DNA of 39,118 nucleotides from Chloroflexota bacterium (GTDB lineage Bacteria; Chloroflexota; Limnocylindria; P2-11E): assembly GCA_005889445.1 (NCBI GenBank), contig VBGS01000165.1, forward strand, positions 1 through 39,118, read 5' to 3'. The notes under the pieces were generated by a model. The model was given only the letters and a program-made list of their open reading frames with translations. It made no database searches and was not told the origin of the DNA. The position numbers and the translations under genes are program-made. Shown here piece after piece: positions 25,797-33,858 of this stretch. Numbering within the stretch: position 1 is the first letter of the stretch; every line of letters begins with the position of its first letter.

Positions 25797-26666
25797 GTGG
25801 TCGATACGCATCCACTTCGGTTCGGCCTCAAGTTCTCGCAGCAGGTGCACCCGATCGACGTCCACATCGACGTGTGGCGCATCGCCGACGACGCCGGCTT
25901 CGACCACATCTGGCCTTTCGATCATCTGATCGCGCTTGGTCCAGACCCAGCCGCGCCGATATTCGACGGATGGACCGCACTCGGCGCGATGGCGGTCATC
26001 ACCAAGCGCGCGCGGATGGGACTGAACGTCACCGGCAATCTCTATCGCCATCCGGGCCTCATGGCCAAGATCGCGGTCACGGTCGACCATCTTTCGCACG
26101 GGCGGCTCGAGTTCGGGATCGGCACCGGCTGGAACGAGCCCGAATTCAGGATGCACGGGCTGCCGTTCCCGAGCGCCGGCGATCGCGTCCGCATGCTCGA
26201 CGAGTCGCTGCGCGCGATGAAGCTGTTGTGGTCGGTGCCGCGCGCCACGTACAAAGGCCGCTTCTACCAGCTCGCGGACACCATCGCCGAGCCCAAGCCG
26301 CTCCAGCGGCCGCACCCGCCGATCTGGATCGGCGCGAAGGGTCCGCGGATGCTCCGCCTCACCGCACGACACGCGGACGTCTGGAATTCGAACGCGCGCG
26401 GCTTCGACGACGCGATCGCGGCGTCGCGATATCTCGATGAGGCGTGCGGCAAGTGCGACCGCGACCCGGCCACGCTGCGCCGGTCGATGAACGTCATCTT
26501 CGACGGCGCCGACGAAACCATTCGGAAAGCGGATGCCGCGGTCAAGGCTGGGTTCACCGAGATCCTGGTGATGCTCATGAACCGTCGCGAAGCCGGCCTG
26601 AGCGACCCGCGAAAGCAGGCCGAAGACGCGGCCGGGTTGCTGCCCCGGCTGCGGGCGCTCGGCTGA
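25797..26666 (+). CDS. LLM-class (luciferase-like) F420-dependent oxidoreductase
   Basis: It has [35 protein letters not shown] and [14 protein letters not shown], typical of the LLM family. Confidence 0.85.
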   Translation: MVDTHPLRFGLKFSQQVHPIDVHIDVWRIADDAGFDHIWPFDHLIALGPDPAAPIFDGWTALGAMAVITKRARMGLNVTGNLYRHPGLMAKIAVTVDHLSHGRLEFGIGTGWNEPEFRMHGLPFPSAGDRVRMLDESLRAMKLLWSVPRATYKGRFYQLADTIAEPKPLQRPHPPIWIGAKGPRMLRLTARHADVWNSNARGFDDAIAASRYLDEACGKCDRDPATLRRSMNVIFDGADETIRKADAAVKAGFTEILVMLMNRREAGLSDPRKQAEDAAGLLPRLRALG

Positions 26667-26731
26667 CCGGTGGCGTTCCGCTAGAATTCCAAGCGAATAA
26701 GAGATCCAAAGGATCACAGAAAGGACAACGG

Positions 26732-27004
26732 GTGCCGTCAGCCACGCTTCCCAACAAATCCGAGGTGATCACGGCGTACCGCCGCGATGAGAAGGACACC
26801 GGTTCGCCGGAGGTCCAGATCGCGCTCCTCACGGAGCGGATCAAGCACCTCACCGAGCATCTGCGCACCGCCCGCCACGACAACGCAAGCCGGCGCGGGC
26901 TGCTCAGCATGGTCGGACAGCGCCGACGGCTGCTCGCCTACCTGCACCGCAGAAGCCCGGAGCGATACCAGGACGTCATCGGGCGACTCGGTCTGCGACG
27001 GTGA
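26732..27004 (+). CDS. rpsO: 30S ribosomal protein S15
   Basis: It has [23 protein letters not shown]...[10 protein letters not shown]. The start is GTG 26732, preceded by GAAAGGA. Confidence 0.93.
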   Translation: MPSATLPNKSEVITAYRRDEKDTGSPEVQIALLTERIKHLTEHLRTARHDNASRRGLLSMVGQRRRLLAYLHRRSPERYQDVIGRLGLRR

Positions 27005-27022
27005 GCCGGCCCGCGTAAGCGG

Positions 27023-27049
27023 AAACCCAGGGAAATCCCTGGGTTTTTT
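27023..27049 (+). terminator. rpsO-pnp intergenic hairpin / rho-independent terminator
   Basis: An ACCCAGGG / CCCTGGGT stem with an AAAT loop is followed by six T. Confidence 0.75.
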
Positions 27050-27075
27050 CATAGGCACCCGAGATCAACAACCAC

Positions 27076-29286
27076 ATGCCAGTTACCCGTGCTCAGGCGA
27101 CCATCAACGGCAAGCCGCTCACCTTCGAGACCGGCAAGTACGCGAAGCAGGCGGGCGGGGCCGCGACCGTGCAATACGGCGATACGGTCGTGTTCGCGGC
27201 CGCCACCGTCGCGAAGACGATCCGCACGGGGATCGACTTCTTCCCGCTGACGGTCGACTTCGAAGAGCGCCTCTACGCCGCGGGGAAAATACCTGGGTCA
27301 TTCCCTCGTCGCGAGGGGCGTCCGTCCGAGGAAGGGATCCTCACCGCGCGCCTCACCGACCGCCCGATCCGTCCGCTGTTCCCCAAGGGGTTCCGCAACG
27401 ACGTGCAGATCATCGTCTCGGCCTGGTCGGCCGATCAGGAGAACGACTACGACGTCCTCGCGGTGAACGCGGCGTCCGCGGCGCTCACGCTCTCGAACGC
27501 GCCGTTCGAGGGACCGATCGGCTGTGTTCGCGTCGGAACGGTCGATGGCGAGCTCACCCTCAATCCGACGATCCAGCAGATGGAAGAGAGCCAGCTCGAC
27601 CTCATCGTGGCGGGCACGCGCGACTCGATCATGATGCTCGAAGCTGGCGCGCGCGAGGTCACCGAGGACTTCCTGCTTCAGGCTCTCGCGCTCGCTCAGG
27701 AAGGCATCAAGAAGATCTGCGACGCGCAGATGGATCTTCAGCGCGCCTCGGGCAAGGCGAAGATGGAGTATCTCGTGGTCGCCCCGGACGCCTCGCGTCT
27801 GGCCCCGCTCACGACCTTCCTGCGACAGCGCCTTCACGCGAAGCTCCGTAACCCGGACAAGGCGCAGCGCGAGGCCGGACTCGACGATCTCAAGCTCGAG
27901 GCGGTCGCGCAGTTCGCAGCCGGGGATAATCCTCCGCTCACGCTCGAAGAGGTCACCGCCGTCTTCGAGCAGATCCTCGAGGACGAGTTCCGAAAGGCCG
28001 TCACCGAGGAGAGCCTCCGCCCGGACGGACGCGGCACGAAGGACATCCGCCAGCTCTCGATCGAGGTCGGCGTCCTGCCGCGCACGCACGGGTCGGCGGT
28101 CTTCACGCGCGGGCAGACGCAGGTCCTCTCGGTCGCGACGCTTGGCCCCGGTGGCGACGAGCAGATCATCGACACGCTCTCACCGGTCGACACCAAGCGC
28201 TACATGCACCACTACAACTTCCCGCCGTTCTCCGTCGGCGAGGTGCGCATGATGCGCGGCGCGGGCCGCCGCGAGATCGGCCACGGAGCGCTCGCCGAGC
28301 GCGCGATCCTCCCGGTCCTGCCGACGAAGGAGGAGTTCCCGTACACCATCCGCGTCGTCAGCGAGACGCTCGAGTCGAACGGCTCCTCGTCGATGGCCTC
28401 GACGTGCGGCTCGACCCTCGCGCTGATGGACGCCGGTGTTCCAGTCAAGGAGATGATCGGCGGCATCGCGATGGGGCTGGTGACGTACGGCGACAGATGG
28501 ACCGTCCTCACGGACATCCAAGGCCTCGAAGATCACTACGGCGACATGGACTTCAAGGTCACTGGCTCCGCAAAGGGCGTCACCGCGCTGCAGATGGATA
28601 TCAAGATCAAGGGAATCTCGCTCGACATCATGCGGACCGCGTTCCAGCAGGCCCGCGAGGCGCGCCTCTTCATCATCGAAGCGATGCGCAGCGTCATCGC
28701 CCAGCCGCGCTCCGAGCTCTCGCGATGGGCGCCGCGGATCGAGACGATCAAGATCCAGCCGGACAAGGTCCGGGAGGTCATCGGCCCAGGCGGCAAGATG
28801 GTCCGCGCGATCCAAGCCGAGACCGGGACGACCATCGAGCTCGAGGACGACGGCACGGTCCGCATCACCGGCGCGAAGGCCGAGGGTCGCGAGAAGGCTC
28901 GCGCGATGATCGAAGGACTCACGAAGGAGCCCGAGGTCGGCGAGATCTATGACGGCAAGGTCACCCGGATCATGAGCATCGGCGCGTTCGTCGAGTACCT
29001 TCCCGGCAAGGAAGGGCTGGTACGCGTCAGCGAGATCTCGTCCGAGCGCGTGAACAGCGTCGAGGACGCGGTCAAGGTCGGCGACAAGGTGAAGGTCAAG
29101 GTGGCCGAAGTCGACCGAATGGGCCGCGTCAATCTCTCGATTCGTGCCGTGAACGAGAACGGCAACGACTACGAGGCGAGGCAGCGGGCCGAGCGGGAGC
29201 GCTACCGCGACCGCGACGAGCGGGGTGGCGGCGCGAGGCCCGGTGGCCCGGGGGGTTTCCGGCGCGGCGGTCCGCCGCGCAGATAA
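27076..29286 (+). CDS. pnp: Polyribonucleotide nucleotidyltransferase (PNPase)
   Basis: It has two RNase PH domains, KH (GPGGKMVRAI) and S1 (GEIYDGKVTRIMSIGAFVE), plus an Arg/Gly-rich C-terminal extension. Confidence 0.95.
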   Translation: MPVTRAQATINGKPLTFETGKYAKQAGGAATVQYGDTVVFAAATVAKTIRTGIDFFPLTVDFEERLYAAGKIPGSFPRREGRPSEEGILTARLTDRPIRPLFPKGFRNDVQIIVSAWSADQENDYDVLAVNAASAALTLSNAPFEGPIGCVRVGTVDGELTLNPTIQQMEESQLDLIVAGTRDSIMMLEAGAREVTEDFLLQALALAQEGIKKICDAQMDLQRASGKAKMEYLVVAPDASRLAPLTTFLRQRLHAKLRNPDKAQREAGLDDLKLEAVAQFAAGDNPPLTLEEVTAVFEQILEDEFRKAVTEESLRPDGRGTKDIRQLSIEVGVLPRTHGSAVFTRGQTQVLSVATLGPGGDEQIIDTLSPVDTKRYMHHYNFPPFSVGEVRMMRGAGRREIGHGALAERAILPVLPTKEEFPYTIRVVSETLESNGSSSMASTCGSTLALMDAGVPVKEMIGGIAMGLVTYGDRWTVLTDIQGLEDHYGDMDFKVTGSAKGVTALQMDIKIKGISLDIMRTAFQQAREARLFIIEAMRSVIAQPRSELSRWAPRIETIKIQPDKVREVIGPGGKMVRAIQAETGTTIELEDDGTVRITGAKAEGREKARAMIEGLTKEPEVGEIYDGKVTRIMSIGAFVEYLPGKEGLVRVSEISSERVNSVEDAVKVGDKVKVKVAEVDRMGRVNLSIRAVNENGNDYEARQRAERERYRDRDERGGGARPGGPGGFRRGGPPRR

Positions 29287-29324
29287 TCCAGCATCCCCGC
29301 GCATAGCTCGCTCGGCGCTCGTCC

Positions 29325-30047
29325 GTGTTGACGCTCGTTCTGCCTGCCTACAACGAGGCTCGCCGGATCGCGGCGACTCTGACGCGCTGCGCCGAATATT
29401 TCCGCGGGCGCGGCATCGAGGCGGAGATCATCCTCGCCGACGACGGCTCCGAGGATGCGACGCCAGATACCTTCCATCGCGCGAAGATCGGCCTGCCGCA
29501 CCGCGGCCTGACGTACAAAGTGCTTCAGCTGCAGCACCGCGGGAAGGGCGCCGCGGTGCGCGCCGGGGTCAACGCGGCCAGCGGTGATCCGATCGTCTTC
29601 CTCGACGCCGATCTCACGATCCCGGTAGAGATCATCGACCTGTTCCTCGAGGCGCTCGCGACCGGCGCGGACATCGCGATCGCCTCGCGCTACGTATCCG
29701 GATCGATCGTGGATCGGCCGTGGTGGCGGCGCCTGATGGGCGATGTCTATCGTTTCGCGGTCCATCTTCTCGTCCCGACCGGCATCCGGGACACCCAGTG
29801 CGGCGGGAAGATGTACACCTCGGAAGCGGCGAAGGAGCTCTTCAGCCGCCAGCGCCTCGATGGGTTCGCATTCGACGCCGAGGTCCTCTTCCTGGCGCGG
29901 CGCGCCGGCTACCGCGTGCGGGAGATCGCGTTCGCGCTCCATCAGCGCAAGGACTCGCGGATCGATTTCCTTCGAGACTCTCCGAGGATGTTCCGTGACC
30001 TGTTCCTCATCCGCGTGAACGCGCTACGCGGCGTGTACGGCCGGTGA
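29325..30047 (+). CDS. GT2 glycosyltransferase, polyprenyl/dolichyl-phosphate beta-glycosyltransferase-like
   Basis: It has LVLPAYNE, ADDGSEDAT, FLDADL and DTQCGGK (ALG5/DPG-synthase-like TQCGFK). Confidence 0.85.
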   Translation: MLTLVLPAYNEARRIAATLTRCAEYFRGRGIEAEIILADDGSEDATPDTFHRAKIGLPHRGLTYKVLQLQHRGKGAAVRAGVNAASGDPIVFLDADLTIPVEIIDLFLEALATGADIAIASRYVSGSIVDRPWWRRLMGDVYRFAVHLLVPTGIRDTQCGGKMYTSEAAKELFSRQRLDGFAFDAEVLFLARRAGYRVREIAFALHQRKDSRIDFLRDSPRMFRDLFLIRVNALRGVYGR

Positions 30048-30838
30048 CGCTCGTGGTCACGGCTGACGACCTCGGCCTCTCGCCGGCGGTCACCAGGGGC
30101 GTCATCGAGTCGCACCGGCGCGGCGTGGTGCGATCGGCCTCGCTCGTCGTGACCTTTCCATCGTCCGCGGAGGCTGCCGCGGCCGCCCTTGCCGAGCATG
30201 AGCTCGAGGTCGGCCTCCACATCGACCTGGTCGGCGGTTGGCCCGTTTCGGACCCGGCGCGGGTGCCGACGCTGTGCGACGAGGACGGCCGGTTTTTCAC
30301 GCTCGGCGAGTTCACGCGTCGCCTGCTGACCGGCCGGATCGGGCCCGGCGAGATAGCGATGGAGATACGCGCGCAGGCGGCCTGCGCACGCGCCTGGGGT
30401 CACCACACGCTCGCGTGGGACTCTCACCGGCATGTCCACCTCATGCCACCGGTGGCGTGGGTCGCCGGTCGGATCGCCCGGGAAGAAGGGGTGCGCTGGG
30501 TCCGGCGGGCACGATCTCCGCGCACCTGGACCAGCCCAAAGGAGCAGATCCTTCGCGCGGCCGGCCTCCTGTCGCAGATCGCGTACCGAGGCATCCCGGG
30601 CCCTTCCTGGTACGTCGACATCACCAGTGAACGCCCGCGACTGGATGCGGCCGGGGTCGCGCTCCTCGCGACCTACGGGGGGCTCGGCGAGATCGGCTGC
30701 CATCCCGGCTACGTCGACGACGATCTGCGTCGCGCGGACACCCTCGTGGACGAGCGAATGCAGGACCTCCGCCTCGTGACCGATCCGCTGGTCCGCACGG
30801 CTCTCGGCTCGGACGCGGTGCGCTGGCGCGCGATGTGA
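30044..30838 (+). CDS. YdjC/ChbG/HpnK-family carbohydrate deacetylase
   Basis: The N-terminus reads LVVTADDLGLSPAVTRGVIESHRRGVVRSASLV, and H-rich metal-site motifs follow. The GTG start overlaps the GT2 stop (GTGA). Confidence 0.8.
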   Translation: MTLVVTADDLGLSPAVTRGVIESHRRGVVRSASLVVTFPSSAEAAAAALAEHELEVGLHIDLVGGWPVSDPARVPTLCDEDGRFFTLGEFTRRLLTGRIGPGEIAMEIRAQAACARAWGHHTLAWDSHRHVHLMPPVAWVAGRIAREEGVRWVRRARSPRTWTSPKEQILRAAGLLSQIAYRGIPGPSWYVDITSERPRLDAAGVALLATYGGLGEIGCHPGYVDDDLRRADTLVDERMQDLRLVTDPLVRTALGSDAVRWRAM

Positions 30839-31527
30839 TGCCGGGGGCGACCACCAGCGGCGCGCTGAATCGTGCCGTGCACCGCTATCGATCGGCCCCG
30901 CTCGTCGCGAGGCTCTTCGTCCACGGTCGCGCGTTCCTTTCGGATCTGGCGTTCGTCGAACGGCTGGTCCCGCGCAACGGTTTCATCGTCGATCTTGGCT
31001 GCGGGCACGGCCTCTTCGCGTGTCTGCTGCGCGAGGCGTCGGCGGGCCGGCGGGTGCTCGGCGTCGACCTCGATCCGAAGAAGATCGACGTGGCGCGATC
31101 GGTGGTCCGCGACACGCAGTGGCTGCGCTTCGAGGTCGGGAACGTGGTGACCGAGGCACCGCCCAAATGCGACGCCGTGACGATCATCGACGTTCTGTAC
31201 CTCCTGCCATTCGAGGAGCAGGAGCAGGTGCTGCGGAATGCAGCGTCGGCGCTTGGCGAGGGCGGACCGCTGATCGTCAAGGCGCAGGAGCGGAGGACGG
31301 ATCCGCGTTATGCCCTGACGTACGCACAGGAGATCATCACGGTCACCGTCCTCAGGGCGACCCGGGGCGGCCGCGAGCGCTTCTTCTTTCCAGACCGGTT
31401 GCGGGCGATCGCGATGTTCGAGCGCGCCGGGTTCGTCGTCGAGGTCGTTGAGATGCCGCGCCGTCCGTACACCGACGTGGTCTACCTTGCGCGGAAGGCT
31501 CCTCCTCGGGGACCCGCCGCGCCATAA
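30835..31527 (+). CDS. Class I SAM-dependent methyltransferase
   Basis: It has motif I, IVDLGCGHGLF, with VLGVDLD after it. The start overlaps the YdjC stop (GTGATG). Confidence 0.75.
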   Translation: MMPGATTSGALNRAVHRYRSAPLVARLFVHGRAFLSDLAFVERLVPRNGFIVDLGCGHGLFACLLREASAGRRVLGVDLDPKKIDVARSVVRDTQWLRFEVGNVVTEAPPKCDAVTIIDVLYLLPFEEQEQVLRNAASALGEGGPLIVKAQERRTDPRYALTYAQEIITVTVLRATRGGRERFFFPDRLRAIAMFERAGFVVEVVEMPRRPYTDVVYLARKAPPRGPAAP

Positions 31528-31535
31528 TCAGCGCG

Positions 31536-32156
31536 TTGAACGACGCCTCGGACAGAGAGCTCGAGCTCGTCGCCGACGAGATCCGAGCTTGCACCGCGTG
31601 TCCCCTCCATCGGAGCGCGCGCCAGGCCGTCCCCGGGGACGGCACGGGCGACTCGGGGATCTTCTTCCTCGGCGAGGCGCCGGGCTACCACGAGGACGTC
31701 CAGGGCCGGCCGTTCGTCGGCGCGGCGGGACAGTTCCTCGACGAGCTCCTCGCCGGCATCGGGCTCGACCGGCGGAAGGTGTTCATCACCAACGTGGTCC
31801 GTCACCGACCACCCGAGAACCGCGACCCGCTGCCCGACGAGATCGCCGCCTGCGACATGTGGCTGCACCGTCACCTCGCGGTGCTGCGCCCACGCGTGAT
31901 CGTCACGCTCGGGCGGCACGCGATGGGGAAGTTCTTTCCCGGTGAGTCGATATCGCGCATCCACGGCAAACCGCGCCGTTCCACCGATGGCCTGCCGATC
32001 TTCCCCGTCTACCACCCTGCCGCGGCCCTTCACCAGCCGGCGCTGCGGGAGGCCCTCGTCGCCGACTTCCGCGCGCTCGCGGCGTACCTCGCGACGCCCG
32101 CGCCGACGCCTGAGGCGGAGAAGAAACCGGCGGAGCAGATCACGCTCTTTGGTTAG
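31536..32156 (+). CDS. udg: Uracil-DNA glycosylase, family 4
   Basis: It has CTAC, GEAPG...GRPFVGAAGQ and ITNVVRHRPPENRDP, with HPAA near the C-terminus. Confidence 0.85.
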   Translation: MNDASDRELELVADEIRACTACPLHRSARQAVPGDGTGDSGIFFLGEAPGYHEDVQGRPFVGAAGQFLDELLAGIGLDRRKVFITNVVRHRPPENRDPLPDEIAACDMWLHRHLAVLRPRVIVTLGRHAMGKFFPGESISRIHGKPRRSTDGLPIFPVYHPAAALHQPALREALVADFRALAAYLATPAPTPEAEKKPAEQITLFG

Positions 32157-32216
32157 ATCGAATGCCGTAACCCGAGCGACGAGCGGTTCATCCGCGAGGA
32201 GCGAGGTCAACCAGCC

Positions 32217-33839
32217 ATGAGCGTGTCTCGGCCGCGAAGCGGCCAGATTGATCAGGGTCCGCTCCGGATCATCCCGCTCGGTGGCGTGGGGGAGATCGGC
32301 AAGAACATGCTCGCGATCGAGATCGGGGACGACATCGTTGTCGTCGACGCGGGCCTGATGTTCCCGGACGAGGAGATGCTCGGCATCGACTTCGTGATCC
32401 CCGACATCGGCTATCTGCGCTCGCGAAAGGCCAAGGTCCGCGGGTTCCTGATCACGCACGCACACGAGGACCACATCGGCGCGCTTCCGTACGTGCTTCG
32501 CGACTTCATCGACGTGCCGATCTACGGGACCAAGCTCACCCTCGGGCTGATCCGGACGAAGCTACGCGAGCACAAGCTCGCCGACCGGGCCACCTTCCAC
32601 GAGATCGCGCCCGGCGGCCCGTTCACCATCGGCCCGGTCCGCTGCGACTCCTATTACGTGTGTCACAGCATCCCCGACGCGATCGGCGTCACGGTCGAGA
32701 CCCCGTATGGCACGATCGTCCACTCGGGCGACTGGAAGTTCGATCACACCCCCGTCGACGGCCGCCAGACCGACTTCGCGCGCCTCGCGGCGATCGCCGC
32801 GAAGGGCGTCCTCCTGCTGATGTCCGACTCGACGCGCGCCGAGGTCCCGGGGTACACGCAGTCGGAGCGTCACGTTGCCGAGATGTTCGACGGGATCATG
32901 TCGCGGGCGCCCGGCCGCGTGATCACGACGACGTTCGCGTCGAACATCTCGCGCATCCGGCAGATCGTCGACATCGCCGCGGCGTGGGGACGCAAGACCG
33001 CGATCGTCGGGCGCTCCATGGAGAACTACACCAAGACGGCCCGCGAGCTCGGATACCTCGAGTATCCGGAGGGGTCAATCGTCCATCCCAACGAGATCGG
33101 CAAGCTCGCGGACCACGAGATCTGCATCATCACGACCGGTTCTCAGGGCGAACCCACGAGGACCCCGATCCCCGGCAACGAGGAGCTCGTCTCGAGGACG
33201 GTCGACAACCTCTTCAAGCTCGGCGCCGAGGTGATCTACGACCCGCAAAGCCGGCCGCACGTCTCGGGCCACGCGAGCCAGGAGGAGCTGAAGCTGCTGC
33301 TCAACATCCTCCGCCCGCAGCATTTTCTCCCGATCCACGGCGAATACCGGATGCTCGTGCGCCACGCGCGTATGGCCATGGACGTCGGCGTGCCCGCTGA
33401 GCAGACGTTCGTGCTGACCAACGGCGACGTCCTCGAGATCGACGCCAAGGGCGCAAGGGTGGGGGAGAAGGTCCAGGCCGGCGTCGTCTACGTCGACGGC
33501 CTCGGCGTGGGCGACGTGAGCCAGGGGGTCATGCGCGACCGGCTGTCGATCGGCAGCGACGGCATCTTCCTGGTTGTCGTGACGATCGAGCAGAAGACCG
33601 GAGCGGTCGTCGCCGGCCCGGACATCGTCACGAAAGGCTTCGTACCGGAACACGACGCCGGCGACATCGTTGAAGAGGCGAAGCACCGTGTCCTCGCGGG
33701 ACTCGCGGAAGCGCAGACCGGCGAGCACCTCGCGGAGACGGCGGCGCTGAAGGACGCGATCCACTCGAGCGTCGCGTCGTTCCTGTACGAGCGAACGAAG
33801 CGGAGGCCGATGGTCCTGCCCGTCATCATGCAGGTCTAA
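32217..33839 (+). CDS. rnj: Ribonuclease J (with an apparent in-frame internal loss)
   Basis: It has the metallo-beta-lactamase HAHEDH motif, the beta-CASP domain and a C-terminal domain ending RRPMVLPVIMQV. GSQGEP is joined to PIPGNE by only TRT (33156-33164). Confidence 0.9.
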   Translation: MSVSRPRSGQIDQGPLRIIPLGGVGEIGKNMLAIEIGDDIVVVDAGLMFPDEEMLGIDFVIPDIGYLRSRKAKVRGFLITHAHEDHIGALPYVLRDFIDVPIYGTKLTLGLIRTKLREHKLADRATFHEIAPGGPFTIGPVRCDSYYVCHSIPDAIGVTVETPYGTIVHSGDWKFDHTPVDGRQTDFARLAAIAAKGVLLLMSDSTRAEVPGYTQSERHVAEMFDGIMSRAPGRVITTTFASNISRIRQIVDIAAAWGRKTAIVGRSMENYTKTARELGYLEYPEGSIVHPNEIGKLADHEICIITTGSQGEPTRTPIPGNEELVSRTVDNLFKLGAEVIYDPQSRPHVSGHASQEELKLLLNILRPQHFLPIHGEYRMLVRHARMAMDVGVPAEQTFVLTNGDVLEIDAKGARVGEKVQAGVVYVDGLGVGDVSQGVMRDRLSIGSDGIFLVVVTIEQKTGAVVAGPDIVTKGFVPEHDAGDIVEEAKHRVLAGLAEAQTGEHLAETAALKDAIHSSVASFLYERTKRRPMVLPVIMQV

Positions 33840-33858
33840 GAGAAAGCGAGGAGAGGGA

